Assembly (NCBI GenBank): GCA_045802645.1 | Contig: JBJMQQ010000121.1 | Span: forward strand, 3,547-67,546 | Direction: 5' to 3' | Source: Polyangia bacterium | Lineage (GTDB): Bacteria > Myxococcota_A > Polyangia > Fen-1088 | Length of the DNA stretch: 64,000 nt | In this document: in pieces, positions 54,742-64,000 of the stretch | How the letters are laid out: each line of letters opens with the position of its first letter | Position numbering within the stretch: position 1 is the stretch's first letter | Notes under the pieces: generated by a model | Databases searched by the model: none | What the model saw: the letters and a program-made list of their open reading frames with translations, nothing else | What the model was told of the DNA's origin: nothing | Made by a program: the position numbers and the translations under genes

Positions 54742-55740
54742 TCATCGAATGAAGGTCGCGGCGCGGGCCACCGCGACGCTGCGCTCGGCCTGCGCGTCGG
54801 TGATGAGCTGCGCGTCCAGCAACATCTGGTACTCGCGCCGCAGGTGCGTGTTCAGCAGGTAAGGGCCGTCGGTGTTGATCGTGTAGCGGACGCCGGCCTC
54901 CTCGAAGATGCGCAGCGCCGTCCCCAGCTCCTGCAAATCCTCGACGGCGTGCGTGCGCAGGTTCGAGCTGGGGCAGATCTCCAGCACCGTTCCCGTCTCG
55001 GCGATCTTGCGGACCGCCTCCTCGCTCTTGGCGGCCGCGATGCCGTGGCCGATCCGCGTCGGCGCCAGCTCTCGGAGGACGGCCAGTACGCCGGCCGCGG
55101 CGGTGTACGTCGTCTCGCCCGTGTGGACGGTGGTCCCCAGCGACGCCGCGCGCGCCCGCGCGAACAGATCCCGGTATCCGGCAACCTCGTCGCGCAGCTC
55201 CAGCGTGTGCACCTCGGGGCCGGCCAGGTCGATCCCGACCACGCCGCGCGCCCGATACTTCACCGCCTTCTTGACGATGATCTCGTTCAGCTCCAGCGTG
55301 AATTCGCGGGCCAGACAGAAAATCAGCCCGGCGCGCACGCCGTACTCGAGGCAGGCCCGATCCATCCCGCGCAGGGCCGCGTGGATGATGTGGTCCAGGT
55401 CGCGCTCGCCGCCCAGGTTGCGCTTCATCGGGTTGAAGCGCAGCTCGATCAGCGACACGCCGCTCGACCGGAACTCTTTTCCGATGATCTCGTAGACCGA
55501 ACGCTCAATCGCGGCAGGCGACGACTGAATCTTCTCCGTCCAGTGGTGCAGGATCGCCAGGTAGTCGTCCAGCGAGGCGATGTTCTCGGGCTTGGCCGTG
55601 ACCAGGTCCCGGAACTCCCAGTAAGTCGACACCGGCAGCTTGAAGCCCTGCTCGTGCGCGATTGACCAGAGGACGTGAGGCGCGACTGCGCCACCGACGT
55701 GGATGTGCAGGTCGCAGAGCTCGAGGCCCGGATCGAGCAT
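54742..55740 (-). CDS. Adenosine/adenine deaminase family amidohydrolase
   Basis: Metal-binding CDLHIHVGG (HxH), TVHTGE, and the INTDGP (..TDD/G..) motif. 332 aa. Confidence 0.75.
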   Translation of the reverse strand: MLDPGLELCDLHIHVGGAVAPHVLWSIAHEQGFKLPVSTYWEFRDLVTAKPENIASLDDYLAILHHWTEKIQSSPAAIERSVYEIIGKEFRSSGVSLIELRFNPMKRNLGGERDLDHIIHAALRGMDRACLEYGVRAGLIFCLAREFTLELNEIIVKKAVKYRARGVVGIDLAGPEVHTLELRDEVAGYRDLFARARAASLGTTVHTGETTYTAAAGVLAVLRELAPTRIGHGIAAAKSEEAVRKIAETGTVLEICPSSNLRTHAVEDLQELGTALRIFEEAGVRYTINTDGPYLLNTHLRREYQMLLDAQLITDAQAERSVAVARAATFIR

Positions 55741-55814
55741 TCGTATCGTCTATGTTAGCGCGCCCGAGGCCGCTCCGGGAGGTGCGACCGTCGACGCGCA
55801 GGTGCGATAAACGC

Positions 55815-56210
55815 CTAGCGGGCCGTGGCGGCGGCCTTGACGGCCGGGACCTTGGCGGCGGCGACCGCAGCGTCAGCGGTCTTGGCGTGGCCGTTGGCGC
55901 CGTTCCGGTTCAGCAGCGAGCGCAGCTCTTGCCCGGGCGAAAAGATGATCGTCTCTTGCTGCGGGATCGTGATCGGCGCGCCCGTGGCGGGGTTCTTCAC
56001 CATGCGCGGCGGACGCCGGCGCTTCGAAAACGTTCCGAATCCAGGGTAGGTCAGCCGCGCGGTCTGGTTCCGGGTCACGCGGGAGCGAATGAAGTAGTCG
56101 CCCATCTCGGTGAAAACGGCGTCGACGATCTGAGCCACTGCCTTCTTCGTCAACCCGCGCGGGAGATTCTTCCCCGCATACACACGCTCGATGAGCTCCG
56201 CCTTCGTCAT
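55815..56210 (-). CDS. HU/IHF-family DNA-binding protein with Ala/Lys-rich C-terminal extension
   Basis: MTKAELIERV...LTKKAVAQIVDAVF...YPGFGTFSKRRRPPRMVKNPATGAPITIP (beta-arm). GGGAGAG lies before the ATG. Confidence 0.85.
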   Translation of the reverse strand: MTKAELIERVYAGKNLPRGLTKKAVAQIVDAVFTEMGDYFIRSRVTRNQTARLTYPGFGTFSKRRRPPRMVKNPATGAPITIPQQETIIFSPGQELRSLLNRNGANGHAKTADAAVAAAKVPAVKAAATAR

Positions 56211-56248
56211 GTCGTCTCTCCCGTTCCCCAGCTCACGGGGGGCGCGCC

Positions 56249-56277
56249 AGAGTACGGATTCGAAATTGCGGTGTCAA
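56249..56277 (-). promoter_or_regulatory. Candidate sigma-70-type promoter for the HU-like gene
   Basis: On the minus strand: TTGACA (56277-56272), 17 nt, TACTCT (56254-56249), about 38 nt before ATG 56210. Confidence 0.4.
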
Positions 56278-56359
56278 CGACCAGACAGGTCCAATCCGCA
56301 CATCGAGCAGGATGGATTTTTTTGGCTTATTCTAAAGGGGCAACGGGAGTGCATTTGTC

Positions 56360-57934
56360 ATGACGGCGCCCACCAAAGTGACATACGTCAGCCTCTCCGC
56401 CGACGATCCGGAGATTGACGCCGGGTTCCACGCCGCCATTGGCGTGGCGCGCGCGGCGCTCGGTCAAATGTTTCCGGCTCGCGTAGCCGGCGAGGATCGG
56501 CCGGGCGACGGGATCATCGAGAGCCGCAACCCCGCCGACGCGCGCCAAATCGTGGCACGCGTCGCCAGCGCGACCGCCGCCGACCTGCGCGACGCAGTCG
56601 CCGCCGCCCGGGCCGCGTTCCCGGCCTGGAGCGCCCGACCGTGGGAAGAGCGCGCCGCGATCATCGAGAAGGCCGCCGAGCTCGTGCGCGCCCGTCGCTT
56701 CGAGCTGTCCGTCTGGATGATCCTCGAGATGGGGAAGAACCGCATCGAGGCGCTGGGCGAGATCGAAGAGACGGCCGACCTCCTGACGTACTACGCCGGC
56801 CAGATGCGAGACAATCACGGCTACGTCCGTGAGATGGGTCGACTCGCGCCCACCGACCGGAACACCAGTGTGCTGCGCCCGTACGGCGTCTGGGCGGTCA
56901 TCGCTCCCTGGAACTTCCCGTATGCGCTGATGGGGGCCCCGATCGCGGCAGCGTTGGTCACCGGCAACACCGTGGTCTGCAAGCCTTCGTCCGAGACGCC
57001 GCTTTCGGCGCTGAAGCTGACCGAGATCTTCGAAGCGGCGGGCGTGCCGCGCGGGGCGCTGTCTTGCCTGCCCGGCAGCGGGCGCGTGATCGGCGACGGC
57101 CTGGTCGAGCACCCCGGCGTCGACGGCGTCACCTTCACGGGCTCGTTCGAGGTCGGGTTCAACCGCATCTATAAACGGTTCGCCGGCACCTTCCCGAAGC
57201 CCGCCATCATCGAGATGGGCGGCAAGAACCCGGCCCTGGTGATGCCCAGCGCCGACCTGGCTCAGGCGGCGCAAGGGATCTACCGATCCGCGTTCGGGAT
57301 GAACGGCCACAAATGCTCGGCCTGCTCGCGCGTGTACGTGCACCGCGACGTCGCCGACAAGCTGGTCGCCGAGCTGGCTCGCCTGGCGGACGCCGTGAAC
57401 CCGGCCGATCCGCTGAACAAGGGCGTGTTCGTCGGGCCAGTCGCGACGAAGCAGAGCTACGAGGACTATCAGCGTTTCGTCGCCACGGCGCGGGCAGCCG
57501 GCCACGGCGTGGTGCGCGCGGGCGGCGCGGTCCTGACGGACGGCGACCGAGCCCATGGCTACTACGTGCGACCGACCGTGCTGGCCGGGCTGCCGGCCGG
57601 GCACGAGCTGTTGCGCGAGGAGCTTTTCGTGCCGATCGTCGCCGTCGAGGCGGTGGCCAGCCTGGACGAGGCGCTCGACCGCGCGAACGACACGAAGTTC
57701 GGGCTGACCGCGGGCCTGTTCGCGCGCGACCAGCGCGAGATCGACAGCTTCTTCGACCGGATCCAGGCGGGCGTCGTCTACGTGAACCGCGCCGCCGGCG
57801 CGACCACGGGCGCCTGGCCGGGCGTGCAGCCCTTCGGTGGCTGGAAGGGCAGCGGGTCGACGGGGAAGAACATCGGCGGCGTCTACACCCTGCCCTGCTA
57901 CCTGCGCGAGCAGAGCCGGACGGTGTGCACGTGA
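56360..57934 (+). CDS. Aldehyde dehydrogenase, 1-pyrroline-5-carboxylate (glutamate semialdehyde) dehydrogenase-like (RocA/PruA type)
   Basis: EMGKNRIEALGEIEETADLLTYYA (P5CDH-type), catalytic IIEMGGKNP and GHKCSACSR. 524 aa. Confidence 0.8.
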   Translation: MTAPTKVTYVSLSADDPEIDAGFHAAIGVARAALGQMFPARVAGEDRPGDGIIESRNPADARQIVARVASATAADLRDAVAAARAAFPAWSARPWEERAAIIEKAAELVRARRFELSVWMILEMGKNRIEALGEIEETADLLTYYAGQMRDNHGYVREMGRLAPTDRNTSVLRPYGVWAVIAPWNFPYALMGAPIAAALVTGNTVVCKPSSETPLSALKLTEIFEAAGVPRGALSCLPGSGRVIGDGLVEHPGVDGVTFTGSFEVGFNRIYKRFAGTFPKPAIIEMGGKNPALVMPSADLAQAAQGIYRSAFGMNGHKCSACSRVYVHRDVADKLVAELARLADAVNPADPLNKGVFVGPVATKQSYEDYQRFVATARAAGHGVVRAGGAVLTDGDRAHGYYVRPTVLAGLPAGHELLREELFVPIVAVEAVASLDEALDRANDTKFGLTAGLFARDQREIDSFFDRIQAGVVYVNRAAGATTGAWPGVQPFGGWKGSGSTGKNIGGVYTLPCYLREQSRTVCT

Positions 57935-59244
57935 CCGCCAAGCCCGCGCCGGACGTGACGTCGCTGGCGTCGCAGCCGATCCGGATCGTGACCGACCCAC
58001 CGGGTCCGCGCGCCAGGGAGATGATCGCGCGCGCGATGCCGCACATGTCGCCGTCGCTGATTCACTGCTACCCCTTGATGGTCGGGCGCGCGGCCGGATG
58101 CATGGTCGAGGACGTCGACGGCAACGTCTACCTGGACGCCGAAGCCGGCGTGGCGACCGCGTCGACGGGTCACTCCCACCCGGCGGTCGCGGCGGCGATC
58201 GCGGCGCAGGCACAGACGCTGATCCACATCTGCGGCACCGACTTTCACTACCCGGGATATGGCGAGATCTGCGCGCGGCTAGGCCAGCTCGCCCAGCGAA
58301 TCGGGCCCAACACCCACCACTGGCAGACGTTCCTGACGAACTCGGGGACGGAGGCGGTCGAGGCGTCGCTGAAGCTGGCGCGGCAGCACACGAAGCGGCC
58401 CAACGTCATCGCGTTCCGGGGCGGCTTCCACGGCCGGACGATGGGCTCGCTGTCGCTGACGGCCAGCAAGGCCAAGTACCGGCGCGGGTTCGGACCGCTC
58501 TTGCCCGGCGTCTACCACGCCACCTACGGTGAGGCCGCCAGCGTCGCCGAGCTGTTCGCGACGACCTGTCCCGCTGAAGACGTGGCGGCGATCGTCGTCG
58601 AGCCGGTGCTGGGGGAAGGCGGCTACATCGTGCCGCCCGCCGAGTTCCTGCCCGGGCTGCGGGCGCTGTGCGATCGCCACGGCATCCTGCTGGTCTTCGA
58701 CGAGGTGCAAAGCGGCATGGGGCGGACCGGGAAGATGTTCGCCGCCGAGCACACCGGCGTGGTCCCGGACGTTCTGTTGCTGGCCAAGGGGATCGCCTCC
58801 GGGATGCCGCTGGGCGCGATGATGGCCCGCCGCGAGGTCATGACCTGGGGCCCGGGGACGCACGGCTCGACGATCGCCGGCAACCCGGTCGCCATCGCCG
58901 CCGGGATGGCCACGCTGGACCTGCTGGAAAACACGCTGGTCGACAACTCGGCGCGCGTCGGAGCGCTGCTGAAGGCCCGGCTCGGCGAGCGGCTGGCCGG
59001 TGCGCCCACCGTGACGGAGGTCCGCGGCATCGGCCTCATGATCGGGGTCGAATTCACGTCGCACGCGCTCGCCGAGGCGGTCGCCCAGCTCTGCTTCCGC
59101 CGCGGCCTCCTGGTGCTGGAGTGCGGGCAGAAGGCGATCCGGATCTCGCCGCCGCTCATCCTGACCGACGGACAGGCCGATACGATTGCCGAGGTGTTCG
59201 CGCGCGCCATCGCCGATACGGGGCGTGCGGCCGTCCCCGCATGA
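57931..59244 (+). CDS. Class III (omega) aminotransferase, GABA/ornithine-aminotransferase-like
   Basis: GTG 57931 (GTGA overlap). SGTEAVEASLKLAR, FDEVQSGMGRTGKMFA, PLP-Lys region LLAKGIASGMPLG. Confidence 0.85.
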   Translation: MTAKPAPDVTSLASQPIRIVTDPPGPRAREMIARAMPHMSPSLIHCYPLMVGRAAGCMVEDVDGNVYLDAEAGVATASTGHSHPAVAAAIAAQAQTLIHICGTDFHYPGYGEICARLGQLAQRIGPNTHHWQTFLTNSGTEAVEASLKLARQHTKRPNVIAFRGGFHGRTMGSLSLTASKAKYRRGFGPLLPGVYHATYGEAASVAELFATTCPAEDVAAIVVEPVLGEGGYIVPPAEFLPGLRALCDRHGILLVFDEVQSGMGRTGKMFAAEHTGVVPDVLLLAKGIASGMPLGAMMARREVMTWGPGTHGSTIAGNPVAIAAGMATLDLLENTLVDNSARVGALLKARLGERLAGAPTVTEVRGIGLMIGVEFTSHALAEAVAQLCFRRGLLVLECGQKAIRISPPLILTDGQADTIAEVFARAIADTGRAAVPA

Positions 59245-60539
59245 GCGACCTGACCCAGCAGCAAGCCGCCCGCGTCTTTTACACCTGGACCGCCCAGGCG
59301 GCCGCCACGCCGCTGGAGATCGTCGGTGGCGAGGGGGCGCGCTTCGTCACCGCCGACGGCGCCCGCTGGTGGGACCTGGGCAGCATGACGTGGAACGCGC
59401 CGCTGGGACACGGCCACCCGCGCATGAAGGCGGCGCTGGCCGAGGCCGCCGGGCGCGGCCTGCTGACGATCCCGTCCGGCGTCTTTCCGGACAAGGTGCG
59501 CGCCGCCGAGTTGCTGGCGGAAGTCACGCCGCCCGGGCTCGAGAAGACCTTCTTCTGCCTCTCGGGCGCCGAAGCCAACGAGAACGCCGTCAAGATGGCC
59601 CGGTTGGTCACACGCCGGCAGAAGATCGTCGCGCGCACGCGCAGCTACCACGGCGCGACGCTGGCGATGCTGTCGCTGTCCGGCGACCCGCGGCGCGAGC
59701 CGTTCGAGCCGGGCCTGCCCGGCGTCGTCCGCATGGGCGACCCCTATTGCTTTCGCTGCCCGTGGGGCAAGGAACCCACCAGCTGCGCGCACGAGTGCGC
59801 GGGCGACCTGGAGGTCGTCCTGCAGCGCGAGGGGCCCGAGACCGTCGCCGCAGTCATCCTGGAGGGGGTCGTGGGCGCGAACGGCGTGTTCACGCCGCCG
59901 CTCGGTTACTGGCGAAAGGTCCGCGACATCTGCGATCGTCACGGCATCTTGCTGATTGCCGACGAGGTTCTGTCCGGTTTCGGGCGCACCGGCCGCTGGT
60001 TCGCCGTCGACCACGAAGGGGTCACGCCTGACCTGCTGACGATGGCCAAGGGGATCACGGGCGGGTACGCGCCCGGCGGTGCGGTCATCGTCACGAACCG
60101 GGTCGCGCGGCATTTCGACGATCACGTGCTGGTCTGCGGGTTGACCAGCTACGCGCACCCGCTGGTGTGCGCGGCGATCGTCGCCGCGGTCGAGACGCTG
60201 CGGGACGAGCAGCTCGTTGCGCGCGCGGCGGCGCTGGAGCCCGTCATGCGCGCGCGGCTGGGCGCGCTGGCGGCCCAACGCCCCGTCGTCGCCGACGTAC
60301 GCGGCCTGGGACTGTTGTGGGCGCTGGAGCTGTGCGTGCCCGTCAACGGCGCGCGCGGACGCGAGCCGCTGCCACCGGCCGCCATGAGCAAGCTGGCCGG
60401 CGCACTGCGCCGCCGACACATCCACCTGCACAAGCGTGACAACCTGGTCTACCTGGCGCCGCCCCTGGTGATCACCGACGGCGAGCTGGACGAAGCCGTC
60501 GCCGAGCTGGGGCGCGCCCTCGACGAGGGACTGTCGTGA
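59241..60539 (+). CDS. Class III (omega) aminotransferase, second paralogue
   Basis: ATG 59241 (ATGA overlap). SGAEANENAVKMAR, ADEVLSGFGRTGRWFA, TMAKGITGGYAPGG. Confidence 0.85.
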   Translation: MSDLTQQQAARVFYTWTAQAAATPLEIVGGEGARFVTADGARWWDLGSMTWNAPLGHGHPRMKAALAEAAGRGLLTIPSGVFPDKVRAAELLAEVTPPGLEKTFFCLSGAEANENAVKMARLVTRRQKIVARTRSYHGATLAMLSLSGDPRREPFEPGLPGVVRMGDPYCFRCPWGKEPTSCAHECAGDLEVVLQREGPETVAAVILEGVVGANGVFTPPLGYWRKVRDICDRHGILLIADEVLSGFGRTGRWFAVDHEGVTPDLLTMAKGITGGYAPGGAVIVTNRVARHFDDHVLVCGLTSYAHPLVCAAIVAAVETLRDEQLVARAAALEPVMRARLGALAAQRPVVADVRGLGLLWALELCVPVNGARGREPLPPAAMSKLAGALRRRHIHLHKRDNLVYLAPPLVITDGELDEAVAELGRALDEGLS

Positions 60540-61306
60540 GCCGGGGCCGGGCCACCGGGGACAAGCTCTACGCCAGCGTCGCTGACGCGCTGGCGGGCCT
60601 GCTGCGCGACGGGATGTCGATCATGTCGGGCGGCTTCGGCCTCTGCGGGAACGCCGAGGCCTGCATCGACGCGATCGCCGCCAGCGGCGTGAAGAACCTG
60701 ACCATCATCAGCAACAACTGCGGCAACCAGGGCCAGGGGCTGGCGGTGCTGCTGAAGAACCGTCAGGTCGCGAAGGTGATCTGCAGCTTCGTGGGCGGCA
60801 ACCCGGACCTGGCCGACCAGTACATGTCCGGCAAGGTGCAGGTCGAGCTGGTTCCCCAGGGGACGTTCGCGGAGCGGATCCGGGCCGGCGGCGCCGGGAT
60901 CGCGGGCTTCTATACGCCGACCGGGGTGGGCACGATCGTCGCGGAAGGCAAGGAGGTCCGCGAGATCGACGGCCGCCGCTATCTCTTCGAGCGCCCGTTG
61001 CGGGCTGACCTGGCGATCGTGCGCGCGGCGGTCACGGACCGCTTCGGCAACCTACGGTTTTACAAGACGGCGCGGAACTTCAACCCGCTCATGGCGACGG
61101 CCGCGGGCGTGACGGTGGTCGAGGCCGACCGGATCGTCCCCAAGGGCGCGATCGACCCGGACGACGTCCACCTCCCTGGCCTTTACGTGAAACGAATCGT
61201 CGTCGTCGCCGAGCACCGCGATGTCATCGAGCACCGCAAGATCCGGACCGCCGGGACGACGCGGGCGATGTCCGAGGCCGAGCGCACGCGCCCGGGGCGG
61301 GCATGA
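60536..61306 (+). CDS. 3-oxoacid/acyl CoA-transferase subunit A
   Basis: GTG 60536 (GTGA overlap). MSGGFGLCGNAEA..., LTIISNNCG, QGTFAERIRAGGAGI. Confidence 0.85.
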   Translation: MSRGRATGDKLYASVADALAGLLRDGMSIMSGGFGLCGNAEACIDAIAASGVKNLTIISNNCGNQGQGLAVLLKNRQVAKVICSFVGGNPDLADQYMSGKVQVELVPQGTFAERIRAGGAGIAGFYTPTGVGTIVAEGKEVREIDGRRYLFERPLRADLAIVRAAVTDRFGNLRFYKTARNFNPLMATAAGVTVVEADRIVPKGAIDPDDVHLPGLYVKRIVVVAEHRDVIEHRKIRTAGTTRAMSEAERTRPGRA

Positions 61307-61953
61307 GCTGGACGCGCGAGCAGATGCTGCTGCGAGCGGCCGCCGAAGTGCAGCCCGGAGAGATCGTGAACCTGGGGATCGGCATGCCGACCGAGGTCGC
61401 CAACTTCATCCCGCCCGACCTGGGGATCATGCTGCAGTCGGAGAACGGCCTGCTGGGGATGGGCCCCTACCCCAGCGAGGAAGAGGTCGACGCGCGCCTC
61501 ATCAACGCCGGCAAGGAGACCGTCACCGCGGTGGCGGGGGCCAGCCTGTTCGATTCGGCGGCCTCGTTCGCGATGATCCGCGGCGGCCACGTCGACCTGG
61601 CGATTCTTGGCGGGCTGGAGGTGGCGTGCAACGGAGACCTCGCCAACTGGACGGTCCCGGGGCGCCTCATCACCGGGATGGGCGGCGCGATGGACCTGGC
61701 CGCGGGCGCGCGGCGGCTGGTGGTCCTGCAAAGCCACGCCTCGAAGGACGGCCAACCCAAGCTGGTCACCCGCCTCACCCTGCCCGCGACCGCCCTGGGC
61801 TGCGTGAACCGCGTGATCACCGACATGGGCGTCTTCGACGTCGGCGGCGACTGCTTCATCTGCGTCGCCAAAGCCGATGGCGTTCACCGGCAAACGATCG
61901 TAGCCGCGACGGGCGCGCCGGTTCTGTTCACGACAGCGACTTCGGGCGGCTAG
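61303..61953 (+). CDS. 3-oxoacid/acyl CoA-transferase subunit B
   Basis: ATGA overlap. VNLGIGMPT and the QSENGLLGMGP motif (catalytic Glu in SENG). Confidence 0.85.
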   Translation: MSWTREQMLLRAAAEVQPGEIVNLGIGMPTEVANFIPPDLGIMLQSENGLLGMGPYPSEEEVDARLINAGKETVTAVAGASLFDSAASFAMIRGGHVDLAILGGLEVACNGDLANWTVPGRLITGMGGAMDLAAGARRLVVLQSHASKDGQPKLVTRLTLPATALGCVNRVITDMGVFDVGGDCFICVAKADGVHRQTIVAATGAPVLFTTATSGG

Positions 61954-61978
61954 CGCCACTCCTCGGCTCCGTCTCTGC

Positions 61979-62092
<114 letters not shown>

Positions 62093-62160
62093 TAAAGCGG
62101 AGCCCCCACACCGACGCTTGACCCGTCAGTTTCGTCGCATAGGCTCACCGTCGGTCTTTA

Positions 62161-64000
62161 ATGTGGATCGTTCGACTTGCGCTGCGGCGGCCGTACACCG
62201 TCGCAGTGATGTGTGTGCTCATCTTGGTGATGGGCGTTTTGTCTTTGACCCGGATGGTGGTCGACATCTTTCCGGCGATCGACATCCCGGTCGTCGCGGT
62301 CATCTGGAACTACCCGGGGCTCTCGGCGCAGGACATGGAGCGGCGGGTCGTGCTCATCAGCGAGCGCGCCTTCTCGACGACGGTGAACGGGATCGAGCGG
62401 ATCGAGTCGCAGTCGATCCCCGGCATCGGGATGCTGAAGATCTACTTCCAGCCCGGGGCCGAGATCGGCGCTGCCATTGCGCAGATCTCGTCGGTGACCA
62501 GCACGATTCTGCGCATCGCGCCCCCCGGCATGACACCGCCCACGGTCATCCAGTTCAACGCCTCGAACGTGCCGGTGGCGCAGGTGACGCTGTCCAGCGA
62601 GACGTTGCCCGAACAGCAGATCTTCGACTACGGCCTCAACTTCATCCGGGTTCGCCTGTTCACGATCCCCGGGCTGTCGACGCCGGCGCCGTTCGGCGGC
62701 AAGCAGCGGCAGATCAACGTCGACATCGACCCGCGCGCGCTGTCCAGCAAGGGTCTCTCGCCGTTTGACGTCGTCAATGCGCTGAACACGTCGAACGTGA
62801 TCTTGCCCGCCGGCACCGCCCGCATCGGCAGCCGTGAGTACAACGTCCTCATGAACTCCAGCCCGTCGGAGGTGGCGGAGTTCGCGCGCATTCCGGTCAA
62901 GATCGTCGATGGGGCGCCGGTGACGCTGGGAGACGTCGCGCGCATCTCTGACTCGTTCGCCGATCAGACCAACCTGGTTCGCGTCAACGGCCGGCGGGCG
63001 ACGTACCTGGCCATCCTCAAGCACTCGGACGCGTCGACGCTGGCGGTCGTCGACGCCGTGCGGGACGCCCTTCCCCAGATCAAGGCGGCGGCCCCCAACG
63101 GCCTCGAGCTGAACATCGACTTCGATCAGTCGGTCTTCGTGCGCGGGGCGATCGGCGGCGTCGTGCGCGAGGCGGTCATCTCGTCGATCCTCGTGTCGCT
63201 GATGGTGGGGCTCTTCCTGGGCAGCTGGCGGAGCATGGTGATCGTCTGCACGTCGATCCCGCTGGCCATCTTCTCGGCCATCGTCGGTCTCAAGCTGACC
63301 GGCAACACGGTCAACATCATGACGCTGGGCGGCCTGGCGCTGGCGATCGGCATGCTGGTCGACGACGCCACCGTCGAGGTCGAGAACATTCACCGCAACC
63401 GGAACATGGGAAAGCCGCTGACGCGCGCGATCCTGGACGGCGCCCAGCAGATCGCGGTGCCCGCCATCGTCGCGACGTTGTCGATCTGCATCGTGTTCTT
63501 TCCGGTGGTGCTGCTGGTCGGCCCGGCGCGGTTCTTGTTCACGCCGCTGGCCATCGCGGTCGTCCTCGCCATGCTGGCGTCGTACTTGCTGTCCCGGACG
63601 CTGGTCCCGGCGCTGGCGCGCATGCTGATGCGCAGCGAGCACCACCACCTGCCGGGGACCGACCCCGGCCCGCCGCCGCGCGGCTGGGCGGGGGTCGCCC
63701 GCCGGTTCAACGACTGGCGCGACGCCAGGTTCGACCGGTTCCAGAACGGCTACGCGCGCCTCCTGGGCGTGGCGCTGGCGCACCGGCGGTTCACGATCGG
63801 CATCGCCGGCGCGATCGCGCTCGCCAGTTTCGGCCTCGTGCTGGTGGTCGGGACCGACTTCTTTCCGTCCGTGGACGCCGGGCTGATGAAGCTGCACTTC
63901 CGGGCACCGGTCGGCGCCCGGATCGAAAAGACCGAAGAGCTGATCATCCAGGTCGAAAATGGGCTGCGGGAGATCATCCCGGCGCGCGAGATCTCGACGA
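62161..64000 (+). CDS. RND efflux transporter inner-membrane subunit (AcrB/HAE family), 3' truncated by the window edge
   Basis: My own translation from ATG 62161 gives MWIVRLALRRPYTVAVMCVLILVMGVLSLTRMVVDIFPAIDIPVVAVIWNYPGLSAQDMERRV... and the in-frame LVDDATVEVENIHRN at ~63355. The frame is open to the window end. It is absent from the ORF track because it has no stop. Confidence 0.9.
   Translation, partial: MWIVRLALRRPYTVAVMCVLILVMGVLSLTRMVVDIFPAIDIPVVAVIWNYPGLSAQDMERRVVLISERAFSTTVNGIERIESQSIPGIGMLKIYFQPGAEIGAAIAQISSVTSTILRIAPPGMTPPTVIQFNASNVPVAQVTLSSETLPEQQIFDYGLNFIRVRLFTIPGLSTPAPFGGKQRQINVDIDPRALSSKGLSPFDVVNALNTSNVILPAGTARIGSREYNVLMNSSPSEVAEFARIPVKIVDGAPVTLGDVARISDSFADQTNLVRVNGRRATYLAILKHSDASTLAVVDAVRDALPQIKAAAPNGLELNIDFDQSVFVRGAIGGVVREAVISSILVSLMVGLFLGSWRSMVIVCTSIPLAIFSAIVGLKLTGNTVNIMTLGGLALAIGMLVDDATVEVENIHRNRNMGKPLTRAILDGAQQIAVPAIVATLSICIVFFPVVLLVGPARFLFTPLAIAVVLAMLASYLLSRTLVPALARMLMRSEHHHLPGTDPGPPPRGWAGVARRFNDWRDARFDRFQNGYARLLGVALAHRRFTIGIAGAIALASFGLVLVVGTDFFPSVDAGLMKLHFRAPVGARIEKTEELIIQVENGLREIIPAREIST

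Noticed and set aside
56339-56354. A sigma-54-like element GGCAACGGGAGTGCAT (GG-N10-GC spacing) just before the ALDH operon.
   Set aside because: The predicted transcription start (~56364) would fall downstream of the well-supported ATG 56360, whose N-terminus aligns with RocA-type enzymes. It is probably a chance match.
56327-60431. Antisense ORFs of 628 and 602 aa across the ALDH/aminotransferase genes.
   Set aside because: There are no recognisable domains. The sense frames contain unambiguous catalytic motifs and 4-nt coupled junctions.
62158-63897. A 579-aa minus-strand ORF opposite the RND transporter gene.
   Set aside because: The plus frame from ATG 62161 translates into a textbook AcrB-type N-terminus. 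It is missing from the ORF track only because it has no stop within the window. The antisense ORF is low-complexity.

Overview
This is a 64-kb, very GC-rich chromosomal segment (about 70% by eye, with GC3-dominated codons). Its content includes two Hanks-type Ser/Thr kinases, a PilZ protein, giant TPR proteins, many lipoproteins, and a sensor ending in a domain I associate with myxobacteria. That points to a Myxococcota genome, possibly Polyangia/Sorangiineae-like, but this is inference only.

I can support 46 protein-coding genes, two of them cut by the window edges. They are densely packed and often translationally coupled through 4-nt ATGA/GTGA start-stop overlaps. I recognised no rRNA, tRNA, CRISPR array, transposase, integrase or phage gene.

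Housekeeping content: DEAD-box helicase, rlmN, cca, rnc, a cysteine desulfurase-mnmA ORF, nadD, mutS, an HU-like protein, an adenosine-deaminase-family protein, an ALDH / 2x aminotransferase / CoA-transferase operon, and an RND pump that runs off the 3' edge.

Most noteworthy observations:
1. A coupled pair of paralogous ~1,650-aa TPR-like giants (14601-24511) lies upstream of a membrane kinase and an M19 dipeptidase. It is divergent from a degenerate, order-reversed ETF-like gene pair across a 78-nt control region. This is my best candidate for an undescribed system.
2. Two copies of a long perfect hairpin built from (CTCGTC)n/(GACGAG)n hexanucleotide arms (26316-26416 and 61979-62092) share an identical 41-nt block.
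3. A signal-less M15 endolysin-like peptidase is followed by a MORN-like lipoprotein in a visibly lower-GC patch (37336-38735).
4. One continuous ORF fuses cysteine desulfurase to MnmA.
5. A probably unannotated 53-aa basic ORF upstream of mutS resembles ribosomal protein bS22.

All calls come from reading motifs by eye. No database search or computation was run.
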